From the NCBI GenBank assembly GCA_963664115.2, contig CAXWPJ010000006.1, positions 303,784 through 367,783 of the forward strand: 64,000 nt of DNA, given 5' to 3'. Within the stretch, counting starts at the first letter, position 1. Each line of letters starts with the position of its first letter. Origin of the DNA: Terriglobia bacterium. Its GTDB lineage: Bacteria > Acidobacteriota > Terriglobia > 20CM-2-55-15. Shown piece by piece: positions 50,066-59,279 of this stretch. A program made the translations under genes and the position numbers. The notes beneath the pieces are model-generated. The model made no database searches. It was not told the DNA's origin and saw only the letters and a list, made by a program, of their open reading frames with translations.

Positions 50066-50412
50066 ATGTTCAGCATGCTACAGAGAAGAGCCGTCGCCCT
50101 GCTGGTCTTATCGGCCGTGCTGGCCTTCGGTATTCAGTCGGCCCTCGAGGTGTTCCATCCCATCGAGGTAGCCCCGCAAAATCTCTCGCTGCACGACCAT
50201 ATTCAGGTTGGCGACGGTGCGTCCCTTCTCGATTCCAGCCACGCGGACCGCCGAAACCATAAGCATCACTATTGTGCCCACTCGAACGCCCTGGCGTGCC
50301 TTGGCAGACTGGAAACCGTGTTCCAGCGTTCGCACGCGCGGTTGCCGACACCGAAGCCGCCGCTGTGCGCTCCCTGCTTTCGGTCTTCGATCGAGGCCCG
50401 CCCCTCCTCTGA
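50066..50412 (+). other. Putative His-rich leader/arrest-peptide gene (apparent frameshift; RGPP C-terminus)
   Basis: N-terminal hydrophobic segment, then LHDH...HADRRNHKHHYCAH; the -1 frame continues ...SLLSVFDRGPPLL* and stops at 50412. Confidence 0.55.
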
Positions 50413-50483
50413 TTCCAAATTCAGTCCGCTTGATCCGGACACGTGCGTCGGAAGCATTTCTGTATTTGCAATTGGAGGGCCCC

Positions 50484-52321
50484 TTGAAACGTAGTTTCTT
50501 TATTTCTATTCCTATTTATTTGATCCTTGTATGCAGCCTCGCCGGAGGCGCCATCGCGCAGACCAGCGGCGCGATCGAGGGCACCATTACGCTTCCCACT
50601 GGCGATCCGGCCCACCGTGTGACCGTTGTGGTGACCGGATTGGGCCGAACCGTCGAAACCGACGAGGATGGGCGCTACCGATTCGACGACGTGCCGGCCG
50701 GCTTCTATGAAGTGCTGGCGTTCCAGTCGCTGTTGGATGGCGCAGCCGAAGGCGTCGAGGTCACCGGCGGACAGACCCGGACTCTCGACATCATGATGCG
50801 GTTCTCTCCCATTAGGGTGGAGATCACTGTCACAGCGCGAGGCCGCGAAGAAACGACATTCGAAGCCGTTCCATCGGTGACCAGCCTGGACGCGTTCGAT
50901 CTGGCCGAGGCCATGGCGCCCTCTCTCGGTGAGGTGCTGGATGGTCAGTTGGGAGTTTCCAAGCGGAGCTTCGGCTCGGGCAATGCCCGCCCCGTCATCC
51001 GCGGGTTCGACGGCGACCGCATCCTGGTCATGCAGGACAGCATGCCTGTAGGCGCCCTCGGTTCCCAGTCAGGCGACCATTCCGAGCCGGTGGATGTCAG
51101 CAACCTGGAGCGCGTTGAGATCCTGAAGGGACCGGCGACGCTGCTTTACGGAAGCAATGCCATCGGCGGAGTCGTGAATGCGATCAGCAGCCACCAGTCT
51201 TTTCACGACCAGCCACATACGGGTCTCACCGGGCAGGTTTCGTCTTCGGTCGGGAGCGCCAACGGCCAGGCCGGCAGCAGCTTCAACATGCAGTACGGTG
51301 TCGGCAGATGGGCCGTCTGGGCCGGCGGCGGCCAGCGGACCCGTGACTACGACACACCGATCGGGATCGTCAAAGATTCCAGGAGCCGGATCACCAACGG
51401 ATCGGTCGGGTTCGGGTGGTTCGGCGACCGGGCGTTTGCCAGCGTCGGCTACCGCGGTACGGAAGGTCGGAACGGGATTCCGTTCGTCACCACGTTTGAA
51501 AGGGAGGAAGAAGGGGACGGCGGAGAGGAACTCGACGCGGTCAACATCGCGCTGCGCCAGCACACCATCAACTTTGCGATAGGAGTCCGGGATCTGGGTG
51601 CGGCGTTGGAAGAATTTCGGTTGTCGGTCAACTTTTCCGATTACAACCACGATGAGGTGGAGATATTCAAAGGTGGCGATCAGGTAATCGGGACGACATT
51701 CGAAAACCAGCAGCTTTTCTACCGGGGCGTGTTTACTCAGAGAACGCACGGTCGGCTTTCCGGTAGCTTCGGCGTCTCCGGACGGATACGGCAGTTCGAA
51801 GCCACCGGAGAAGAAGCGATTACGCCGCCGGTCGACCAGACGGGTTTTGGAGTATTTACGCTTCAGGACATCGATTTCGAACGCGTCCAGTTACAGTTCG
51901 GTGGACGGGTGGACTACAACCGGTACGAGCCGCAGGTGGGCGGGTTTTCCGACCGGAGTCTGACCGGGTTTTCCGGTGGCATCGGTGCGCGATTCGATCT
52001 GTGGGAGGGAGGCGCGTTCGTCGCGAACTATACGGATTCGTTCCGGAGCCCGGCTCTGGAAGAGCTGTACAATTTCGGTCCGCACCTGGGCAACGTGACG
52101 TTCGAGATCGGGGATCCGAATCTCCGGCGGGAGCGCTCACACGGATTCGACTTCTCGCTTCGCCAGGAGTCTGACCGGGTCCGTGGCCAGGCCAACGTCT
52201 TCTACTACGATATCGACGACTTCGTTTTCCTAGCCCCGACCGGCGCGTTCGTAGACGGACTGACGGAGGCCGAGTATAGCCAGGGTGACGCGCGTTTCCT
52301 CGGGATCGAGCTGAAGCTAGA
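50484..52321 (+). pseudogene. TonB-dependent receptor (ZnuD-like), 5' part, interrupted by IS
   Basis: RBS GGAGG plus TTG; signal peptide; carboxypeptidase-regulatory-like domain; plug RPVIRG..DH..ERVEILKGPATLLYG. Confidence 0.9.
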
Positions 52322-54168
52322 CCCAAAACAAGCGCATAACCAGTCCGCCGAGGCCCAGTTCGCGCCGATAGAATTCGAGGCATAGAATCCCGTTCCCGGA
52401 TGGCCTGTTCCAGGTATCGAGTTTCTGTTGAATCTGTTTCAGTTCAGCCTCGCTGGTGTTGGACGGTTGACAGAAACCGGGACCTCGATCGCCCGGGCTC
52501 AGAGTCATGATCGGGTCAACATCGCAGAGGCTGACGCAACACATCCACCCCGCGGAACAAGACCGGCAACCACCGGTTCCAGGCCAGGATCCGGAACAGA
52601 ATGCGCCGCCCGGTGCGCACGAGTTGGCACGGCACAAGCATGAAAGCGTTCAAGAAGGTTTTGAACTCCATGCGCAGCACGGTTTGCTTCTCAGCCTGAT
52701 ATTTTTGGCCCCAACGTCCGGTTTCGGGAAGCAGCAATGCAAACCACGCTTTCAGTGTCCAGGCCAGTGACGCGATCACCATGTAGGCCCAGTTGCTGGT
52801 CTGATCTCCGACCGGCATCCGCAACGCCTGAACGCCGTTCTTCAACTGCTCAATGAGATTCTCCTGATTGCACCGTTGATTGGCACGCATCACAATCTGG
52901 TCGGCCGGATCCGAACGGTTGGTAATGTAGAAGAAGTACCGGATGTCGTCAAACAACACCTGCTCTCCTTTGGCCACCGACAGATTCTTCCGCACCACGA
53001 CGACACGGTAGTCCCGATCGCAGGCTCCGGGTCGATACCGAAACTCGGCCACATCCTCACCCTGCAAGCGGATATTGTCGAAACCGCGCTGCCGAACGAT
53101 CTCTTCCTTCACGTTGTCGGGACGTTGGCGCGGTTCGGTCGCCACGTCGTATTTCGCGGGCCGTTCCAGGCGCTTCCACTGGCGCGGCTCCAGTTCATCG
53201 GCCCGGGCCTTCAGGTTCGCCATCGCGTCAATCCCGAATATGAAACCCACCTGCTGGTCGTCCCATCCGTCCAGATGCCGGGTCTGGCTGAAGTCCGTGT
53301 CCCCGCGCAGCAGGATCTGGCGAAACCCCGCATGCCGGCACAATGCGATGGCTTGGTCGAACCGGACCGCGGCTCCTTCATGCGACGGCCGGTTGCCGCT
53401 ACGATTGACCAGATACAGCGGTTCGGCGGTGTTGGCCAGCGAGATCATCAGCGGGTGATATCCCCACGTCCCGTCGTAGGCCACGTCCATCCCTTGCTTG
53501 CATTCCCCCGTGGTTTCGGCCAGTGTCCCGTCCGCGTCCAACACCGCTTCTTCGAAAAACGCCGCCGGTTGCTGTCGCCAGACTCCGAGCCGGACTTGAT
53601 TGGTTGCCTCCATCAGACACTCCACGTCGTCGGCCTCGAATCTCCGGCAGAAGTCTCCCGCCGTCGTCGGATCCGGAATCCGTTGCGCTCCCAGCGCATC
53701 CAGATACACCGCATCGTTGCGCCGCAGTTCGATGTCTTCCAGGCACGTTCCTCCGCTCAAGGCGTTGTAGGCGATGTTCAGCACGTGATCCGACTCGTGA
53801 TACGGCAGGTGCCGCTTCAACACATGCACGCCCTTGTCGATGGCTTCGATCAGCCCGGTCCGCCGCGCCACCAGTTGCATCGTCCCGATACCACCAACCG
53901 ATGTGCCCCGCGTCCGCTCTCCCATCTCGTACTGAATGTTGCTCGCCGAAAACATCGGCTCTACCTGATCCGTCCAATGCCGGTCCCCAAGCCGACGTTC
54001 GATTCGCCGCTTGCGGTTCCTCATGTTCTTGCGCGTATAATCGTTCATCTGAAATGCCTCCTTTTCCGAAGAATCTGTTCAAGGTTTTTTTCGCACGGAG
54101 AGGGGGCATTTCGGGTACTTCCGCTCTTATTGCACTATCATTTCCTCGTCAATCACGCTTGTTCAGGG
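52322..54168 (-). mobile_element. IS1380-family insertion sequence (1847 bp) with GCTAGA target duplication
   Basis: Termini CCCAAAACAAGCG and CGCTTGTTCAGGG (11/13 inverted match); GCTAGA at 52316-52321 and 54169-54174; removal restores the receptor frame. Confidence 0.92.
52516..54048 (-). CDS. IS1380-family DDE transposase
   Basis: LDADGT, GYHPL, LLRGD, YFFYITN and R.NQENLIEQLK; 510 aa, intact. Confidence 0.88.
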   Translation of the reverse strand: MNDYTRKNMRNRKRRIERRLGDRHWTDQVEPMFSASNIQYEMGERTRGTSVGGIGTMQLVARRTGLIEAIDKGVHVLKRHLPYHESDHVLNIAYNALSGGTCLEDIELRRNDAVYLDALGAQRIPDPTTAGDFCRRFEADDVECLMEATNQVRLGVWRQQPAAFFEEAVLDADGTLAETTGECKQGMDVAYDGTWGYHPLMISLANTAEPLYLVNRSGNRPSHEGAAVRFDQAIALCRHAGFRQILLRGDTDFSQTRHLDGWDDQQVGFIFGIDAMANLKARADELEPRQWKRLERPAKYDVATEPRQRPDNVKEEIVRQRGFDNIRLQGEDVAEFRYRPGACDRDYRVVVVRKNLSVAKGEQVLFDDIRYFFYITNRSDPADQIVMRANQRCNQENLIEQLKNGVQALRMPVGDQTSNWAYMVIASLAWTLKAWFALLLPETGRWGQKYQAEKQTVLRMEFKTFLNAFMLVPCQLVRTGRRILFRILAWNRWLPVLFRGVDVLRQPLRC

Positions 54169-54174
54169 GCTAGA

Positions 54175-54568
54175 CATCGGAGTTCATGAGAACCTTTGGT
54201 TCAACCTAGCTCTGGACTCGGTGGATACCAAACTCAGGCAGAGCTCGCTGCCTCTTCCGCGCATCCCTCCCCTCCGCGGAACCGTCGGCTTGGAGATTGT
54301 CTATGGCGGCTTGAGCATTAAGCCTGAGATCGTGATGGCCGACGCGCGTCGTGATGTCTTCACGACCGAAACACCCACCTCCGGCTACACCGTCGCAAAC
54401 CTGAAAGCGTCGCACACAATTCCCCGGCAGCACTTCTCGCATCACCTCGCCATGGCGGTTTTCAACATCGGCGATACGCTGTACCGGAATCACGTGAGCT
54501 TCATCAAGGATCTCGCGCCGGAAATCGGGCGCGGCGTCCGGTTCTCGTATACAGTGAAATTCTTTTAG
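54175..54568 (+). pseudogene. TonB-dependent receptor, 3' part
   Basis: LPRIPPLR, ETPTSGY, NIGDTLYRNHVSFIKD.APEIGR and terminal Phe. Confidence 0.9.
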
Positions 54569-54676
54569 GAGAAAAAGACGGCCAAGTACCCTGCAATAAC
54601 GACCTAGGATTCCGGAGCGCGAACCCTCCGCTCGATTGAAGAGATTCACCGCATACCCTTCCTGCCTTTAAGGCCC

Positions 54677-55012
54677 CTATGCTCTCATCGACGTGACGCT
54701 TAACGGTATGCCTCTGTCCAGAATTTGGCAATTCCCTCTGTCCACGGCTTTGGGTATGTTTGCGACCTGGTACGGGTGGTTTCGGCTGTTAGTGTGGCTC
54801 GGTTGGGTCGGGGTCAGCATCTTCAGCTCTGATGCTTCAAAGGTTGGGGGAATGCGACAATCAAGGGGATCGTTGAACTGAGCTGGTCTGGGGAAATATA
54901 GCCTTCCGTCGACTAACAGTTGTTCAATCCAGTCCGCACGTTTTTCTTGGAGACTGGAGTATTTGTAGAGCTGAGCCGGTAGGTTTGCCAAAGTCTCGTG
55001 GGAAGTTACCAT
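54677..55012 (-). pseudogene. DUF2971-like N-terminal fragment
   Basis: LYKY...LYFPRPAQFNDPLDC, then loss of similarity; GGAGG RBS. It reads on the minus strand, although the ORF track labels it +. Confidence 0.6.
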
Positions 55013-55139
55013 ATTGCGTTACCTCCGATTAGCATGGACGCGGGCCCGTCCAATTCCGGGGACTGTCTAGGCACAATTGAGGGCACAAGGGGCCCAGACG
55101 CTCCCGAAAAGTTTCCGTAACTTGCTAGAATTACGATAC

Positions 55140-55213
55140 GGCCCTGTAGCTCAGGTGGATAGAGCAGCGGTTTCCTAAACCGGAGGTCGGCGGTTCGAGT
55201 CCGCCCAGGGTCA
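55140..55213 (+). tRNA. tRNA-Arg (anticodon CCT)
   Basis: GGCCCTG/CAGGGTC acceptor, GCTC/GAGC D-stem, TTCCTAA loop, GGCGG-TTCGAGT-CCGCC T-arm; CCA not encoded. Confidence 0.92.
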
Positions 55214-55268
55214 TGCGGAATATAGAAGGAAAAGGGGCCATGAAGAGCCAGAAGTTAATAGAGAACTC

Positions 55269-56105
55269 ATGACGCAGCAGATGCCGGACGGACTTGAAGT
55301 CTTTCGTGAATTAACGGAGGGGCTGATCGAAGTGCTTCAGTCCTGGCCTCTATACAGACGATTTGAATATAGCGAACAGGACAGGCACTTCCTCGACTCA
55401 GAGGACGCGACTTTCGGAGTCCTCCCTCAAGAGATTATTCTTCCCTGTAAGACCTGCAAAACCGAACAGCGTTGGAGACGGACGGGAGGCGGAGTGGGCG
55501 CGGAGGGTCGGATTTACCTCAACACCGAACCCCACGACGCTATCTACAAGTGCCAGGTTTGCGATCGGCGAGAGGTTTATTTTACGTTTTACTGGTATCT
55601 GACGGAGGAGGGTGGTCTGTTTCAGAAAATTGGCCAGTACCCGCCTCTTCACTACTTCCTCGATGTTTCCCGTGAAATTTCGAACTTGCTGTCGGATTCT
55701 GACCTGAAACTTTATCGGCAAGCGCTGAGTAACCGGAACTCGAATTTCGGCATCGGAGCCGTATCTTACTTGCGCCGGGTTGTCGGACATACACTGGACG
55801 GCATGCTGGAACAGGGCGCCGAAGCGGCTCGAAACGCTGACGCATCGGATGAGGAACTGCGAGACTGGGAAGAAGTAAGAAGTTCGAACGGTGCGAAGCA
55901 GAAAATCGAGTGGGTATCCAAGATGGTGTCCCCGCCCCTTGAGTCAAGAGCTCAGGATCCACTGGACCCGCTCTGCGACCTGTTCAGTGATGCTCTCGAT
56001 TTGAAAACGGACGAGGAATCGGTCGATGTGTTCGTCAAGTCTAAGATTGCTTTCGAATACCTCGTCAGGGCAATAAAGCTGGAGCGCGATGAGGGCAAGC
56101 AATAA
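55269..56105 (+). CDS. Hypothetical Zn-ribbon plus HEPN/DUF4145-like helical protein
   Basis: CKTC...CQVC, KIGQYP and YRQAL...GIGAVSYLRRVV; lies between tRNA repeats. Confidence 0.6.
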   Translation: MTQQMPDGLEVFRELTEGLIEVLQSWPLYRRFEYSEQDRHFLDSEDATFGVLPQEIILPCKTCKTEQRWRRTGGGVGAEGRIYLNTEPHDAIYKCQVCDRREVYFTFYWYLTEEGGLFQKIGQYPPLHYFLDVSREISNLLSDSDLKLYRQALSNRNSNFGIGAVSYLRRVVGHTLDGMLEQGAEAARNADASDEELRDWEEVRSSNGAKQKIEWVSKMVSPPLESRAQDPLDPLCDLFSDALDLKTDEESVDVFVKSKIAFEYLVRAIKLERDEGKQ

Positions 56106-56147
56106 GCATCCCCTGGCTAATCTATCCGTGAGAGTGGAGGAAGAGGG

Positions 56148-56183
56148 AACCGGAGGTCGGAGGTTCGAGTCCTTCCGGGGTCA
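56148..56183 (+). repeat. Diverged copy of the tRNA-Arg 3' half (att-like scar)
   Basis: 32/36 identical to 55178-55213; T-stem still pairs (GGAGG/CCTTC). Confidence 0.8.
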
Positions 56184-56194
56184 TCGCTAAACAG

Positions 56195-56380
56195 TCATCG
56201 TGCTGATTTCGCTCTCCGCTTTCGGGCTCGAACCGTCGCTTTGATGAGGGTCCAAGTTGCGGGCCGGTCGTGGACCGGGCACTCAGGAAACTCTTGTCCC
56301 TCAAGGATTTCGGTTTCATAGCCGCAGTCGTTCGATCGATAGAAGCCTTGTTGTTCGCAGGTCTTGCCGGTCCTTTGCAT
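56195..56380 (-). CDS. Small zinc-ribbon (YjzC-like) protein
   Basis: TGKTCEQQGFYR...GQEFPECP...TWTL with a GAGGG RBS. Confidence 0.65.
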   Translation of the reverse strand: MQRTGKTCEQQGFYRSNDCGYETEILEGQEFPECPVHDRPATWTLIKATVRARKRRAKSAR

Positions 56381-56593
56381 CCTACCCTCTGTCGCTTCAG
56401 TTTCGTTTTGTCGGCCGAGTCATAAATTAGACGTTTGAGAACTGAGATTATGAGTCAGTTAATTGGAAAAGATGGGAAAGCCCGGGCGCGGTCAGCCTGG
56501 CTTGTGTTTGTCCCATTGCTAGCTTAAAATCAATAGGTTTGGAATCGATTGCAGTCTGGTAACTGTTGTTTGTAGGCCGAGGAGGTCAGTCCG

Positions 56594-57301
56594 TTGGCAC
56601 GCAAGAGGTTGACTCGGAAAGAAATTGTCCAGAAGGATGAGATCACGTCGGTTCTGGAGCGGTCGACCACCTATGTTGTGGAACATGGAAAGCCCATCGC
56701 CATCGCAGTGGGCGCTGTGGTGGTCGGCATTACGGTTGTCATCGTCTTAAACGTGACCGCGGCGAATCGCGAAGCAGCAGCCCAGAACGCACTGGCCGAA
56801 GTCATCCGGATTTACTCGACAGTCACTGAAGACACCACCGATGAGTCAAGATTCCAGGCCACTTTGGTAGAAGCGGCCCGTGTTGAGGCCGACCATCCCG
56901 ATCAGCCTGCGGCCCAGATCGCCCGGTACTATGCCGGTCTGAGTCATGAAGGACTGGGGGATTCCGACCAGGCGATTGCGATCCTCACCGAGTTGGTTGA
57001 ATCGGGCGACGAAATGGTCAACCAGGTTGCGCGTGTCGCGTTGGCGGAGTCCTATAAGAAGCAGGACAATTTGGAGCGTGCGATCGAGGTTTATCAGGAG
57101 CTAGCCGATTCAGGAGGCTATTCGAAGAGCGCAGTTCTATACGAACTGGGACGGCTCCATGAGGCAACATCGATGCCCGACGAGGCGCGAGCGTACTACC
57201 AATCTGTGGTGGGCGATTATCCCAATTCGCCGTACCGTGAGGACGCGGACCGTGCGCTGAGACGGTTGACGCTCGTCGAATCCGCCGAGGAACCCTCCTG
57301 A
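56594..57301 (+). CDS. YfgM-like membrane-anchored TPR protein
   Basis: Basic N-terminus RLTRKEI..D, one TM helix and TPR helices. Confidence 0.82.
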   Translation: MARKRLTRKEIVQKDEITSVLERSTTYVVEHGKPIAIAVGAVVVGITVVIVLNVTAANREAAAQNALAEVIRIYSTVTEDTTDESRFQATLVEAARVEADHPDQPAAQIARYYAGLSHEGLGDSDQAIAILTELVESGDEMVNQVARVALAESYKKQDNLERAIEVYQELADSGGYSKSAVLYELGRLHEATSMPDEARAYYQSVVGDYPNSPYREDADRALRRLTLVESAEEPS

Positions 57302-57308
57302 TCGCGTT

Positions 57309-57956
57309 GTGTCGACAGATCAGCAGGGATTGACCGGGCTGGGCTTCGTTTCAGGGGTTTGTAGAGTGAACGTGAAATCCAGGACTTCTCCCGATCGTCA
57401 GCGCTTTTCCGGCGCCGTAAATATCGATCTGGTTGATCTCCCTACGGAGCGATTGCTTCTCGAAGGGTCTCTGGCACCCGGCGAGTTGGATTTTGCCGAA
57501 ATTGGAATTCGGCAGATCAAACCGCTGGACTGGTCGGGATTCATAGAGCGGAAGGGTTCCAATTTCCGCCTGTCCGGAGAAGTGGTGACCGAGCTGGAAC
57601 TGGAGTGCGTGAGGTGTCTCAATCCGGTTCGACAGGCGGTTCGAAGAGAGTTCGACGTGTTCTTCCAGCAACGCGAAAGTCTGATCTACGCCGAACACGA
57701 AGACATCGAATTGAAAGAATCCGAAACGCAGACGTCGTTTGTGACCGGTTCTGAGTTGCCGTTGAACGAGATCATGCAGGAGCAGGTGTTGCTCGCGCTT
57801 CCAATGAAGCCGCTGTGTCGCGCGGATTGCCGTGGACTGTGTGCGGTCTGTGGAATCCACCTGAACGAAGATACTTGTGAATGTTCCCTTCGGGGGATCA
57901 ATCCGGCGTTCGAAGTTCTTAGAGAGTTTAAGAAGCAGTTGGAGAATCCCAGTTGA
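57309..57956 (+). CDS. yceD: YceD / DUF177 protein (true start probably downstream)
   Basis: CVRCL and LALPMKPLCRADCRGLCAVCG; immediately before rpmF. Confidence 0.88.
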   Translation: MSTDQQGLTGLGFVSGVCRVNVKSRTSPDRQRFSGAVNIDLVDLPTERLLLEGSLAPGELDFAEIGIRQIKPLDWSGFIERKGSNFRLSGEVVTELELECVRCLNPVRQAVRREFDVFFQQRESLIYAEHEDIELKESETQTSFVTGSELPLNEIMQEQVLLALPMKPLCRADCRGLCAVCGIHLNEDTCECSLRGINPAFEVLREFKKQLENPS

Positions 57957-57977
57957 GTCGGAGTTAATAACTAAGTC

Positions 57978-58160
57978 ATGCCAAATCCAAAACGTAGACA
58001 TTCAAAATCGCGCAAGAACAAACGGCGCACTCATGACTCTTTGACGTTGCCCGCGCTTGCGGAATGCTCCAACTGTCACGAGATAAGGCAGCCCCATCGT
58101 GCCTGTCCTCACTGTGGCTATTACAAAGGCCGTGAAGTCATAGAGACCGCCGAAGAATAA
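57978..58160 (+). CDS. rpmF: 50S ribosomal protein L32
   Basis: MPNPKRRHSKSR..RR, CSNC and PHRACPHCGYY. Confidence 0.97.
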   Translation: MPNPKRRHSKSRKNKRRTHDSLTLPALAECSNCHEIRQPHRACPHCGYYKGREVIETAEE

Positions 58161-58169
58161 ATCTATCCC

Positions 58170-59246
58170 GTGATCAAAATCGCAGTCGACGCAATGGGGA
58201 GCGATCATGCTCCGGCAGTGGAAGTCGAAGGCGCCGTGCTTGCCGCGGCCGAATACGGCGTTCATGTCGTGCTTGTAGGCCAGTCGAAACCGATTGAAAT
58301 GGCGCTCGGCAACCACGAGACTTCCGGCCTGTCCATCGATGTCCACCATGCCAGCGAGGTTGTTGGTATGGAAGAATCTGCGATGAGCCCGCTCCGCCGG
58401 AAAAAAGATTCTTCAATTCGTATCATCGCCAACCTGATGAGTGAGGGCCGCGTTTCCGGTGTCGTCAGTGCCGGAAACACGGGCGCCGTGATGGCGGCGA
58501 CCAAGGTCGTCGCAGGCTCGCTTTCGGTGGTGGACCGGCCGGCCCTATCAACCGTTCTGCCGACGCAGAAGGGAAAACCCTCGATCCTGCTCGATGTGGG
58601 TGCGAATGTTGATTGCAAACCTTTACATCTGGTGCAGTTCGCGATCATGGGGGACATATATTCGCGTTTCATATTCGGCATTCGCCGCCCGCGAATCGGA
58701 TTGTTGTCCATCGGCGAGGAAGATTCGAAAGGGAATGAACTGACGAAGGAAGTCTTCAAGACTTTGAAACAGGCTCCGCTGAACTTTGTTGGCAACGTCG
58801 AAGGTAGAGAAATTTTCAAGGGTGAGGTTGATGTCATCGTCTGCGACGGTTTCATAGGAAACGTCGCACTCAAGTTGAGTGAGGGTCTCATAGAAACTGT
58901 AACGACAATGCTGGGGGACGAGCTTCGGCGGACGCTTTCGGCAAAGGTCGGTTACATTCTCGCCCAGAAGGCGTTTCAGCAATTCAGCCGCCGAATGGAC
59001 TATTCCGAATACGGGGGCGCTCCACTGCTGGGCATCAAGGGAATCGGCATCATCTGTCACGGACGGTCGAACGCGAATGCGATAAAGAACGCAATTCGAG
59101 TGGCCCACGAGTTCTGCGAACAAAATGTCAACGAAGAGTTCGAGCGGGAGTTTCATAAGCTAGGCCTGACAAAGCCGGCCCCTTCCAATCCAGAACAAGC
59201 CGTCGAGAGTGATACTAAGGTGTATCGCTCCGGCGTCATCAGTTAA
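58170..59246 (+). CDS. plsX: Phosphate acyltransferase
   Basis: IAVDAMGSD, SAGNTGA, DVGAN, DGFIGNVALK and YGGAPLLG. Confidence 0.96.
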   Translation: MIKIAVDAMGSDHAPAVEVEGAVLAAAEYGVHVVLVGQSKPIEMALGNHETSGLSIDVHHASEVVGMEESAMSPLRRKKDSSIRIIANLMSEGRVSGVVSAGNTGAVMAATKVVAGSLSVVDRPALSTVLPTQKGKPSILLDVGANVDCKPLHLVQFAIMGDIYSRFIFGIRRPRIGLLSIGEEDSKGNELTKEVFKTLKQAPLNFVGNVEGREIFKGEVDVIVCDGFIGNVALKLSEGLIETVTTMLGDELRRTLSAKVGYILAQKAFQQFSRRMDYSEYGGAPLLGIKGIGIICHGRSNANAIKNAIRVAHEFCEQNVNEEFEREFHKLGLTKPAPSNPEQAVESDTKVYRSGVIS

Positions 59247-59279
59247 CGCCAACCCGCCGTTTTTCTTTACATCCTTTAC

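Noticed and set aside
52876-54189. 437-aa ORF antisense to the transposase
   Set aside because: Shadow ORF typical of GC-rich coding DNA; no motifs.
54677-55012. ORF track lists this ORF on the + strand
   Set aside because: The given protein (MVTSHE...) reads from the reverse complement starting at 55012, so it is annotated on the minus strand.
56148-56183. Second complete tRNA
   Set aside because: No 5' acceptor strand, D-arm or anticodon upstream; only the 3' half is present.
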